From assembly GCA_964016885.1 (NCBI GenBank), contig OZ024741.1:323020001-323084000 (forward strand): DNA of 64,000 bases, read 5' to 3'. Of the stretch, positions 1-11,130 are shown in pieces. Position 1 is the first letter of the stretch. Each line of letters starts with the position of its first letter. A program made the position numbers and the translations under genes. Below the pieces are notes generated by a model. The model saw nothing but the letters and a program-made list of their open reading frames with translations. It searched no databases and was not told where the DNA came from. The stretch comes from Eledone cirrhosa. Its lineage: Eukaryota.

Positions 1-409
1 CTTTGATAATTTCTATAATTAGACTATATGAAATACATGTTATTTCTATGGCACTAATTTTATGATGCCTACTAAATCATATCCGTTGTTAAATTGAAGT
101 TTTCTGAGATGCTAAGAATTAGCTAGAAACATTACGAAGGCGAATCGAAAGAATAATTTTGACTGTCTTATTCAATAATTTCTTTCTAAAATCTAATTAA
201 GCAGGTCAGTTGGTTCACTGAAAATCACTTCTAAGTATTCTTAATTGAATTTTTGGATTGTATTTTTATGTATATTTTCTTTCTTCTTTTAACATGTAAC
301 GACGAAACGGGAGTCGTGTCAGTTGTGACGTTAATGTTCGAGTTATTCTTAACCTCCATGTTACAGCCTATGAAAGGCCGCCATATATATGATAGTGGTT
401 CGGGTATTC

Positions 410-560
410 AGCTTATGATCATGAAGTGGTGTGTTCGATTCCCGGATTGAACGCCACAGTGTGTCCTTGAGCAAAGCACTTTATTTCATGTCTGTCCAAT
501 CTACTTGGCTGGAAAAGATGAGTTGCAACATCAGTGGTGGTACCAAGCTGTTGCATTTTC
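410..560 (+). mobile_element. tRNA-derived SINE fragment (degenerate)
   Basis: B-box-like GTTCGATTCCC followed by GTGTCCTTGAGCAAAGCACTTTATT; a related reverse copy lies at ~9700-9820. Confidence 0.5.
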
Positions 561-999
561 CTTGGACAACATCGGTGTCGTGGGGGAAAGGAGAGACTGC
601 TATGCATCTGTGACTGTTGGGTTTTCACAAAACACCTTGGCCAGGTTTACGGATTCAAGAGGAACGTTTCAAGTGCAAACCATGATCAGTAATAATAGAA
701 TGAGGGCTTTTGTTTACACTTCTAGCTACAGGCTTTAAATATTTTAAGAAACAGACTTGATGGCAAGCAGCTCTTTAGAATTGCAGGTGCTACTGAGAAT
801 GTTTTCCGTCTCCAGGAAAACGTTATTGGATTTTCTAAATATAGCAATCGATTACTTTGCGTTGGTAGGTATGCGTTCCTAGCTGCCGAAACGGCCGGAG
901 CTCAGCCGTCGGGGTCCTCACTCTTTTCCTATATCTCTTGTGACGCTAAACTCCGCCAGTTGCAGATTGCGCATTAACATGTGATATCTCTCCACCAAG

Positions 1000-1905
1000 G
1001 CCGATCACCAGCAGCAGAGTTCAAAGAGCAAAGATCAAGTCCAGTCCATGAATTGACATTGTCAAGCCATCATTTTGGCTGCTGGCTTCTGCTTCTCTTA
1101 CCAGCCAACCTTCCTTCCAGGCATAACCTACTCAAACCACGAGTTGATCTTTTTATATGGTCGTATAGCTTGAGTACTCTTGACTTGACAATTGATGTAA
1201 TTGGTTTAAGTTTGGTAATGTTGAGCAGCTCACTGATATATGGTCGCTGGGCCGCTTGCCAGTCATAAGTGTCATGATGTGGTTCTGGAATGTAGAGAGC
1301 TTCTGAAGTGACCTTGTCGTCCAACTAACACCATCAAGACCATATAACACAACTGGTAGGATGTAAGTATCAAAGATCTTAGCCTTCAAATGGTAGGAAA
1401 CTCGTTTTGATGTTAGTACTTCGCTGTTCTTATTGAAAGCTACCCAACCTAGAGCGATGTGATATTGCGCAGTAACTATTCCATTATTGTTTGATGATAG
1501 TTTGTGACCGAGATATACAACCTCCGTAACTTGGGCTATTTGCTGGTTGTAGATTGTGAGTTGGAGATTGGCATTGTTTTTATCAGTTGTCATACATTTT
1601 GTTTTGGAGATGTTGATGTGTAAGCCAACATTCTCCAGCGAATGTTTGGCCAGTACATTTAGAAAGTTTTGCAGATCAGTTCTAGAGTAACTTATGATGG
1701 CCAGATCGTCTGCAGAGCTAAGATTTGATAGGATTTTACCTCCTATTTGATAACCAGAGGATCATTCTTCTTCAGTTTGGTAAATAAGTGCACCTATTCA
1801 GAAAAAAAGTGCTGATAGTACCCTCTGTTTAACACAGTGTGTAGTTCCCAAGTCTGTTGAATTGGTGTAAATTTCTTTCAATAGGTTGATGTATTTTTTA
1901 TTAAA
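1000..1905 (-). pseudogene. RTE-like non-LTR retrotransposon, RT C-terminal part, degenerate
   Basis: Minus-strand fragments YLGHKL, YILPVVLYG, LYDHIKRS...LEGRLAGKRSR and KKYINLLKEIY, with frameshifts. Confidence 0.7.
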
Positions 1906-2144
1906 TGAGGTTGTAAAAAAGCCCTGGACTGGACAACATATACTCAGAATTCATCAAAGCTGGAGGTGAACCAATTATCAAAGCACTTCAATATCTCTTT
2001 AACTGTATTATCACTACAGGAACAAATCATTGAGAAATCAATAGAATTCAACAACCCTGTGCACATCACCTTCATTGATTTCACAAAAGCTTTTGACAAC
2101 GTGAAACTATCCAGCTTGTGGCAATTCTTAAACAAGACGTTAAT

Positions 2145-2147
<3 letters not shown>
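1906..2147 (+). pseudogene. Inverted 5' piece of the same RTE-like element
   Basis: PGLDNIYSEFIKAGG and QIIEKSIEFNNPVHITFIDFTKAFDNV (RT motif A) on the plus strand, back-to-back with the minus-strand downstream part. Confidence 0.7.
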
Positions 2148-2211
<64 letters not shown>

Positions 2212-2214
<3 letters not shown>

Positions 2215-2245
2215 TAGCACTGTATCTCGGCGTTGCACGGATAAG
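2212..2245 (-). mobile_element. Helitron 3' end fragment
   Basis: Reverse complement reads TCCGTGCAACGCCGAGATACAGTGCTAG|T, i.e. a hairpin followed by a CTAG terminus. Confidence 0.45.
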
Positions 2246-2294
2246 AACATTGGTAATAGCACCTCCAATGAGAAATGTTTATTTGTAAGTGCCT

Positions 2295-2545
2295 GTTAAA
2301 AACTTACGAACTGGACATGCTCACCGACATCCAGAGTTGACACTGCACTCAGTGCTCCTGTAGGAGCCCCTGCATGGACACACTGGAAGAGGAAGACCAA
2401 AGTTAACATATGTTGATGCCCTAAAGACAGAGACTGGTCTGTTGGAGAAGCAGGTCATGGCAGCGATAATGAGGGATAAAGACCGCTGGAGGGAACTCGT
2501 CCATGGATCTCGGCAAATTTAGCCGCCCTAGATAGATAGATAGAT
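2295..2545 (+). pseudogene. 3' end of RTE-X/RTE-like LINE with (AGAT)n tail
   Basis: TGHAHRHPE...HGHTGRGRPKLTYVDAL...MRDKDRWRELV then tagatagataga; second copy reversed at ~36148-36310. Confidence 0.65.
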
Positions 2546-2622
2546 ATATTTTTATGTGTATATTTATATATAAGTATATGTGTATATATATATGTATATA
2601 TGTGTATATGTGTTTGTATATG

Positions 2623-2697
<75 letters not shown>

Positions 2698-2822
2698 ATA
2701 ATAATAAATTTGAAGACTAAAATCCAAAGAGGGCTCGATATATATGTGTGTGTATGTGTGTGTGTATGTATATGTGTATATATATGTGTGTATATGTATA
2801 TATGTGTATATATATGTGTGTG

Positions 2823-2857
<35 letters not shown>

Positions 2858-2880
2858 CTATGTATATATATGTATATATG

Positions 2881-2918
<38 letters not shown>
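2545..2918. repeat. (TA)n/(TG)n compound microsatellite
   Basis: Directly visible; similar tracts at 6141-6420, 33210-33370, 37180-37410, 45170-45622, 46300-46575 and 57065-57290. Confidence 0.95.
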
Positions 2919-2922
<4 letters not shown>

Positions 2923-3185
2923 TGGCGAAGATAATACGTCAGCAATGACGTGTTGGTCATAATGCCGTTATGCAGACAGCCAGGCATACAGACAGATATT
3001 ATAAGGGCGCGACAGAGATCGATAACCGGCGCCTAACACCCCTTTAACAACAGAAAATTGAAAAATAAAAGCTGCAGTTAATATCTTTAGACCGCAAGGA
3101 ATATATAAATGCAAGTTTGAAGTCAATCGGAGTAGAAATGTGGATTTATATAGACTTTGCAAAAATGAGGACACACGCACACACA

Positions 3186-4100
3186 CAGGTGAATTAGCTT
3201 ACAAATTTAGAAGGGCCCTAGATAAACATAAACTCAATATTAAGATAGTAGAAAGACCAGGTACCTCCGTAAAAACACTTATTAGCAATACATACCCTTT
3301 TCAAAGACCTCCCTGTATAGATAAGAAATGTATAATCTGTAAATTAAGCCCCCATATTAACTGTAAAACTAGAAATGTAGTATATAGCATAAGATGTACT
3401 GAAGGACAATGTAGAGATAAGAATATAGTGTACATAGATGAGACAGCTTGTAGTATAGGGGAACGGATAAATGAACACTGGCGAGACCTTCAAGATAGTA
3501 AAGAATCATCTTTACTCTACCAACATGCTAAAATAGAACATAAGGGTAAATTAGAGAACATAGAAATAAAAATAGAATCTACACACAGAAAAGACGCAAT
3601 GTTTAGACAAATCACAGAGGCAATAAACATAAATGAACTCCAACCAAAATTAAATAGAAAACATGAATGGAACAGCAACATCACAACTTACAATTAAGGA
3701 CAAAATGAAAACACACACGCACATAGAACAAACAACCAACCAGTAACATGGAAATAAACAAATAAATAAACAAATATAAACACACACAGACACCCGGAAT
3801 TAACACATGCGCAAACTAAGCACACAACACACACAAAAACAAGATGGCGTAGGACAGAACAAAGGAGAGGCACAAAAACAAAGAAAAGAATTCCCAGTCA
3901 CTGAAGAGGTCACAGAATGTGTAACGAAAGAACTTTGACAATATATAAACAAGCATCTGGTTGTGGAACCAACCAACCAACCGGAAATTTATAAATTCCT
4001 AAATTTATAAATTTATTATAATAAATTGAAGTGAAAACAACTGGTGCGTGTGTTTCTTATTGGCATCATGACCAAAGTATAACAATATATATATATATAA
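3186..4100 (+). mobile_element. 5'-truncated Penelope-like element (GIY-YIG end + 3' UTR/pLTR)
   Basis: ORF 3140-3697 contains CIDKKCIIC, CKTRNVVYSIRC, YIDET, RQITEA and LNRKHEW; homologous to 59189-60013 and 34735-35090; ends AAGTATAAC+(TA)n. Confidence 0.85.
3897..3939 (+). ncRNA. Minimal type I hammerhead ribozyme
   Basis: gtca-CTGAAGA-g-gtcaca..tgtaac-GAAA-gaac-TT-tgac. Confidence 0.65.
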
Positions 4101-4578
4101 AGTTGTAGTTCCTGTCTCTTTGTTTGTTTGTTCACGAACTCCTCCTATGGTTTAGCAGATAGAACCCCATAACCATATATATTCTGAAACAACATTGCCC
4201 AGGGTATGTTTCATTTTAATCAAAGGGTTCCCCGGCGGCACAAACTCCCGCTGAAAAGGTTTTCCCTTCAATTTATATGAAATTTAAACCATAGGTAAAT
4301 GATAAGATATGATGCCTATTCACAAAAGTTTTGAATTGATTTTTTTTTTTTCATTATTTACAAGAAACAAAATAAGAATAATATTTAATAATGTAATTTT
4401 GATATGATATATTACAAAAAATAATGTTTTCCAATTTTTCATGCATTACATTTTACATTGAGTAATATTGAAATGCAGAGTTTTTCTCCATAAGTTATAT
4501 CACTGATTTAAAATCAATCATCATTTTCTTATAAAGCAAATGTGTGAAACGCAGCAAGGCGCGGGTAATTCGGCTAGT
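4090..4578 (+). mobile_element. Non-autonomous Helitron-like element
   Basis: Starts TATATATAAAG...(TTTG)n and ends GCAGCAAGGCGCGGGTAATTCGGCTAG|T. Confidence 0.55.
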
Positions 4579-4645
4579 ACATATATATATAAATATATAT
4601 ACAATGATATTAAATAAATGGAAACTATATTTATAAAACCATATT

Positions 4646-4707
4646 TATTCTATTATATATATTTCAAGGGTACCAAAACTTTTGGTACGCTATCATCAGA
4701 TAAAATA
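4646..4707 (-). ncRNA. Type I hammerhead ribozyme
   Basis: Reverse complement: tattttat-CTGATGA-..gtaccaaa/tttggtac..-GAAA-tatata-TA-atagaata. Confidence 0.7.
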
Positions 4708-5802
4708 CGAAGTGTGTTTTATAAATTTTGACATAACCAAGGATAATATACCTTAATGGTTCAAGTTATTCCTGGATAGTGAAGAGAAGAGTCAGATATT
4801 TCAAATTATTAAGATGAGTATGCAAATGAGGTTTATGAAAAAACGTTATTTTAAACGCTATGGAAAATTTAAATAATTTTAGTTATTGTGTGTGTAGGAA
4901 AGAAGAGAAAGGAGGAAGGGCTAGCATTTACGCTAATTTGGGGGGAAAGATTTATTTACCTATATTATGAGTTATAATATTGTATATATAATCAATTAGA
5001 TTATATGAAGAATTTTGGTTGTAAGTATTTTTATCTTATTACATTAGGATGGGTTATATGTATATAAATATCTATATATATATTAATAAATTGCGTATGT
5101 ATTAGTTGTTTATATATCAAATATGAGTTACGAAGGAAGCTAAATTTGTATTTTACTTTAAAAATAGGTGGTTCAAATTGTGAGAGTAGAACAATTTGTA
5201 GATTCAAAAATTGTGTTCAACATTGAGAATGTTTTCAGAATATTGTTAATTTAGCGAAGCTATACAGATTATCAAACGTAAAATGCAACGATTTAGAAAA
5301 ATGTTTACATGATTGAGAAAGGAAAGATAAATCTAATATTGTTTGTTAACCATTAAATTAGAGAAAAATTATACATTATTATTATTTTGTGTGAGATCCA
5401 TTATTTTAGTCGAAAGATGTGTGAATGTTTGAGTAACAAAAGGAGAGAGGAAAAAAGTAATGTGTATTTCGAAGAACTATCAAAAGAGGATACATTTTAG
5501 AATGTCATTTAAAGATTATCAATCTACATCTAAAATTATATTTTTTAGCCGTTATTCACAGCTGTTTTTCAGTTTTGGCAGCGTTTCCCGTTTAAAAATC
5601 TCTCGCTCTCTCTCCTTTCTCTTTCTCGCTCCTCCTTCCTTCTTAAATGTTTCCTCCGTTAGCTTCTCCTTCTTTTTCCTTTTCCCTATTTCCTTCCTTT
5701 TTTCCAATCTTCTCTCTCCTTTTATATTTTTTTATCATATGTTGACTGGATGGACACTTTCTTGTTCACATGTGTTTTTTTAGGCATCATATCATGTTAC
5801 CT

Positions 5803-5873
5803 TATTTTATCTGATGAGAACGCAACTATCGTCCCAGGATGATATTTGTTTTTGAAATGCGCATAATAAAATA
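5803..5873 (+). ncRNA. Type I hammerhead ribozyme
   Basis: tattttat-CTGATGA-stem II (tatcgtc/gatgata)-GAAA-tgcgca-TA-ataaaata; palindromic stem III. Confidence 0.75.
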
Positions 5874-5931
5874 TATGGAACTTTTTTAACCATCTTTTAA
5901 TTTCTTCTTATATATATATATATATATATAT

Positions 5932-6249
5932 AGTTTTAATATAGATGAGATTCTACAGACTAGAACTGTTTCATTCTTCAGAAATCATCAGGAATCTGGG
6001 TATCAAAAAATAAGTATGGTATTTATAGGTCTCTTCAAGTGGTAGGAGAGGGTAGGGAGTGGGATGGGTGTAGGTCATTGGTTGATAGAAAGGGGAATTC
6101 ATTAAAAGCTAATTCTTCAAAGCTATAGTTTATTTTTAGACTATGTATGGTGTATGTGTGTATATATATATGTGTGTGTATGTGTGTATATATGTATGTA
6201 TGTGTATGTGTGTGTATATATATATGTGTGTGTATATGTGTGTGTGTAT

Positions 6250-6309
<60 letters not shown>

Positions 6310-6940
6310 GTATATATGTATATGTGTATGTGTGTGTATATATATATATGTATATATATATATATGTGTGTATGTATATATGTATGTGTGGGTGTTTGTG
6401 GGTGCGCACGAGTGTGTGAGTGAGTGTGTTTGTGAATGTGTCTGTTGATTTTTGGCATATAGTTGAAGAGTTTAAGAGAAATTTGAAGTTAATCGTATGA
6501 TATGCACTCAATATTTTGAATTTGTCTACAGAATTCTCTAGGCCTTTGTCACTTAGTAGAACCTTAAAGAATTTAGCTTTTAAAGAATCTCCCTTTCCCT
6601 TAAATCCATCAACCATGACAGACCCCCACTGATCTTATAGACACCTGTTAGCTTAAGAGAAACTTAAGAGAAACTTGGGAGTGGCACCCCATCCTGAACT
6701 TGTTTATAAAATTCTTTTTGCCTTTGTTACTCTAAAAATAAACTATAGCTTTGAAGAATTAGCTTTTAATGAATTCCCTGTTCTATCAACCAATTACCTA
6801 CACCCATCCCACTCCCTACCCTCTCCTATCACTTGAAGAGACCTATAAATACCATACTTATTTTTTGATACCCAGATTCCTGATGATTTCTGAAGAATGA
6901 AACAGTTCTAGTCCTGTAGAATCTCATCTATATTAAAACT
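5932..6940. mobile_element. Inverted-repeat (foldback) element with divergent HHRs
   Basis: Arms ~5932-6140 and ~6731-6940 are reverse complements; HHRs at 5948-5997(-) and 6874-6924(+). Confidence 0.8.
6874..6924 (+). ncRNA. Type I hammerhead ribozyme
   Basis: agattc-CTGATGA-tttc tgaa gaat-GAAA-cag..ctg-TA-gaatct; mirror copy at 5948-5997(-). Confidence 0.75.
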
Positions 6941-7771
6941 TTTATACTCTGCAATGTATTGAGTACCTTACTTACTGTGGTTACCTCCGATTCAACCCGG
7001 AATAACGTATATATATATATATATATATTGTTATGCTTTGGAAGGGTCATATATATATATTCCCGCTCAGACAACATCACTAAAACTATCCCCATCACTT
7101 ACATCACCCACCATAAACAGAGTAAAGTAGCAAAATGTCTAGCTTCCCAACTATATATAGAACTCTTCTTTTAATACAACGCAACCCCAAACCCATACAT
7201 CACATTCAATGACCACAAAGACTGTTTCCTATCCTTCGTAAAATCAAGATTATAATCATTAATACTACCATCATCAATACCATCACCATTACGACAATCT
7301 CCACCATCATCATCCCCATTATACCATCACTACCATCACCATCACTATCATCATCAGCATCATCACCATCACCATCCTCACCATCATTATCACCTCCTTC
7401 AATATTGTTATAATTAAAATTAATGCCAATAATAATTAACATTCCTCTCAATTATAATTAACACATTAGAATAGGTAACACCACCATTATTATGACATCA
7501 CACTGAACGGCCAATACAACCACCCCACTACTGTTACGCCTAATTCAACCCCATCACCATCCCCAACTATACGAATATACTGTCAACAGATGATACTTGA
7601 ACAACCACCATATACCTTCACCATTAACACGACTATCTCAGCCGCCTCACCGCCACCACTATCACCATTACTTCAGTCACATTATTACGACCACCACTAC
7701 CACTAATAAGAAAGAGCTATCAACACAATCTACACAAAGACTACCATCTATCACCGTTATTACCACCACGG

Positions 7772-7962
7772 TGTCAAGCGGTGGATTGGCAGTATCGGTA
7801 GAAGGTCGGACGCCATGCTTTGACGCATAGAGTTACGGCCCTTGACATTCTAAGTTCAAATCTCGCCGAGGTTAACTTTGCCTTTCATCCTTACGGGGTC
7901 GATAAAATAAAGTACCAGTAATGCACTGGGTAATTGCTGGCCTTGTGCCAAAAGTAGAAACA
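7772..7962 (+). mobile_element. tRNA-derived SINE (octopus-type)
   Basis: GTTCAAATCTCGCCGAGGTTAACTTTGCCTTTCATCC..GGGGTCGATAAAATAAAGTACCAGT; relatives at 8460-8600(-), 38730-38935(-), 47070-47220, 47530-47710(-) and 48390-48510. Confidence 0.8.
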
Positions 7963-8209
7963 GTTATTACCACCATAACCTCTACCTCTACAACACCATC
8001 AGCACTACCATATGACACCACCTCAACATATCACCATTAACTCTTAACATCATGTAATGATTAATCAGAAAAAAATCTGAAAATGGATTCTGTATTTCAG
8101 ATGTTTATAGTGTCTTGACTAGTAAACAGATTGTGAAAATTTACTGTATTGAAGTAAAGAAGCATCCTTGGTGCTGTTTTGTACTTTTCTAGAATGTCAT
8201 GCTAATGTA

Positions 8210-8658
8210 CAGGGTGGTCCGAGTATCTTGTCACCCCCTACCAAAAAGTAATGAGAAGCAGTTTATGTTCCCATCGTAGTATCGTCCTCTTCGGAGGAAC
8301 TGGTTTGCCGAATCTTGCAGTGAAGTCATGTCGCATATTCTCCATGCTCTTGCCAGAATGCACACGGTCATGTGTCCTTACACTTGCAAGCAGCCTCTCT
8401 TCCAAACTGTTGGAGCTCTGAAATAGAAAATTATATTATATTTATTATATATTATAATTAATTGTTTCTACTTTTGGCACAAGGCCAGCAATTATCCCAG
8501 TACATTACTGGTACTTTATTTTATCGACCCCGTAAGGATGAAAGGCAAAGTTAACCTCGGCGGGATTTGAACTCAGACTGTAAAGGGACGTAACTATGCT
8601 AGAAAGCATAGTTAAAACAATATGTGACAAGGGGTGACAAGACTTTCGGACCACCCTG
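8210..8658. mobile_element. Tc1/mariner-type MITE with internal SINE insertion
   Basis: TA|CAGGGTGGTCCGA..CTTGTCACCCC and GGGGTGACAAG..TCGGACCACCCTG|TA; SINE at ~8460-8600 inside. Confidence 0.8.
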
Positions 8659-10125
8659 TACTTTCATGCGGTACAGTACGTTAAGAGGTAACACAAGACA
8701 ACGAGAGATCCCCTATATGAACATTGAGCAGCCTAGATATAGCAGTCAAATCTACTCAGAAAACCACACCCTAACGTCTGAAATAAAGAAATCTATAGCG
8801 GCCAATATAGTCCCTAGCATAAAAACGATTGTCACCGCTGGAACTCGTTTGGCCATATATCTGATCGATGGGGGGGGGGGGGGGAGCTAACCAACAAGAA
8901 ATGAAAGAAAAAAGAAAAGAACTTATTCGATCATGACTTGCCTTGAGTCATGCACCCTTGTCAGACAGACCATATTTGCCTGTCCAAAGCACGTCTCGGC
9001 AGTAGGGTCTTTTATGGAGGATATCAGTCGTTTATACATGTCAGTCTCCTCTCTCTACGGCACCGATATTGTCCAATGGAAAGATAAAGACCGATGCAAC
9101 TTCGCACCAGTGTCGTTGCAACTCGTAAATAAAATATATATACACTATATATACCAATTCAAAGACTCAATTTCAAAGACTCAAAAGGGTCGTTACGTTC
9201 TGAGAGAGAGAGACACAGTGGACCAAATATGAGATAAGGTGGTGGGGGAGGGGGGCGTATGATTTCCACAAGTCATAATGTTAATCTACAACACAGCTGA
9301 TATTTTTCATCAAGATGAACACACATATAATAGTAAATGGTGCATATGAATTAGTACAAAATATAGAGGCAAATTTTCCGTTTCAAATTTTCCTTAATTC
9401 CATTTTTACTTTTATTCCTTCTTATATTTGATGGATAAATTGCAATAAATTGTCCTATAAATATTATTAAAATGGACAAATTGCCAAATTTTAGAAAAAT
9501 AATCATGAAAATTCTTCTTCAGCGGACCATAGAAAAGTAGTTCACGAGCCATATGTGGACAGCGGGCCGCGTGTTAGAGACCCCTGATATATACACTAGG
9601 TACACTACATATAAAGAAAAGGCTACATATAAAGAAAAGGCACTGTCAATATGCTGCTCGGATTTACTGATGTTGTGACTCCTTTCTTCCAGTAGAGTGA
9701 ACTGGTAGTTTGCTAAATAAAGTGTCTTGCTCAAACATACAACGTGTCGCCAGGTCCGGCATTCGAACTCATTACCTTACGATCGTGAGCTTAGCACCCT
9801 AACCATTAAACCACGCACCTTCACTCTAACCAACAACAACAATTACCACTAAACCATCTACCATACATCACTATCATCCACAAAATCTATCCCCACCTCC
9901 ATCAACCAACAATGGTGCTTTCTTTTTGGTAAATATTTAATACGAAGTCAACTCTGGTCAAGTTGACCTAAGATCAAAAGAACCTTGTCATTTTTCTCTC
10001 CAATATAACGGGGCGTTAGAATGTTCGCTTCGCAACCATATATAATAAAAAAAAAACTGAGTGAATGTATGGAAGCGTGAATGTGTATGAGTGTGTGTTC
10101 ATTTATAATGTGCACAAGACCGAAT

Positions 10126-10161
<36 letters not shown>

Positions 10162-10423
10162 GAATGTTTATATAGTGCATTTCAGAGCACCAATTCTAAT
10201 ATATATATATATATATATAGTATTAGTTATACTATTTATGGTTATGTAAACACAAAACCTTAAGCAGTTGTAAGTATTTTACACACACCCTAAATAGTGG
10301 TAGGCAGTAATGTATTACTACCTTATTACCAGTAAGTTAAGTAGCTCAATGTAAAAACATCAGATGATTTACAGAGCAGTTATATGAAATATAAGAATCA
10401 AAGAACTGTTCAAAACATTATTG

Positions 10424-10470
10424 TGCTTACAGCTGTTTCCTCCAAACCGAGGTTTGGATTCTTCGGAGCA
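10424..10470 (-). ncRNA. Hammerhead ribozyme (CCGAAGA core variant) in inverted pLTR
   Basis: Reverse complement of 14023-14069. Confidence 0.7.
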
Positions 10471-11130
10471 ATTTATTAATGCATGGACAGTTATATGACC
10501 TCCTTTTCAGCCGAGAGACATACCAATACATATTCAAACATTGATACATATTCAAACATTGTGGGTCAACATTCATTACAAAATTTAGAGTGGCAGTACA
10601 CACTTCGAGATTACATTTATATTAATAGGTACAATCAAAAATCAAAGATATAGGTTAAAGTACAACATGAAGATAAGTGGTTATATAGTGCAAATGTTAT
10701 ATGTGTGGCACGCATGTGCGTCTTGTTTATATAGTGTGGCAGAGAGATATGTGTGGTAGAGGCACTTAGGTAGGTAAATAAGAGTGTTAGGTTGGTAGAT
10801 CTGGTGGCAAAGTCTTTATATGATTGATGTAGTCTGTGTGTGGAGAAATATTATAAGTATTAAAGATAGTGCAAGCATTAAAAGTGTTATAAGTATTGGA
10901 GATGCACAACGCAGGGATGTCAAGTAATTCATGTACTTCGGCATTTTCATGGTCAAGGGAGTGTATATTTCGATTATATGCCTTTCACATAATCCACGAC
11001 AATCCAGTTAGAGATCGTAGTCTGGTGTTCTTTAGTTCGATACAGGAGGTTGTTACGTTTCGAGAGACGCCATTGAATACCGGAAGTGTGTGTGTGGCTA
11101 AGGGGAGTTAATGCATGCGGGGAGGTAACT

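Noticed and set aside
2421-2987. Many ORFs rich in YI/HT/CV repeats (also 6035-6616, 33155-33587, 45043-45666, 46230-46631, 57014-57349)
   Set aside because: Translations of (TA)n, (TG)n and (CA)n microsatellites, not genes.
8933-9232. Possible host exons here and at 41920-42290 and 48080-48300
   Set aside because: No recognisable protein motif or convincing splice-site pair.
11086-11130. Novel N-terminus on the 497-aa ORF
   Set aside because: Chance read-through from the inverted pLTR across the junction.
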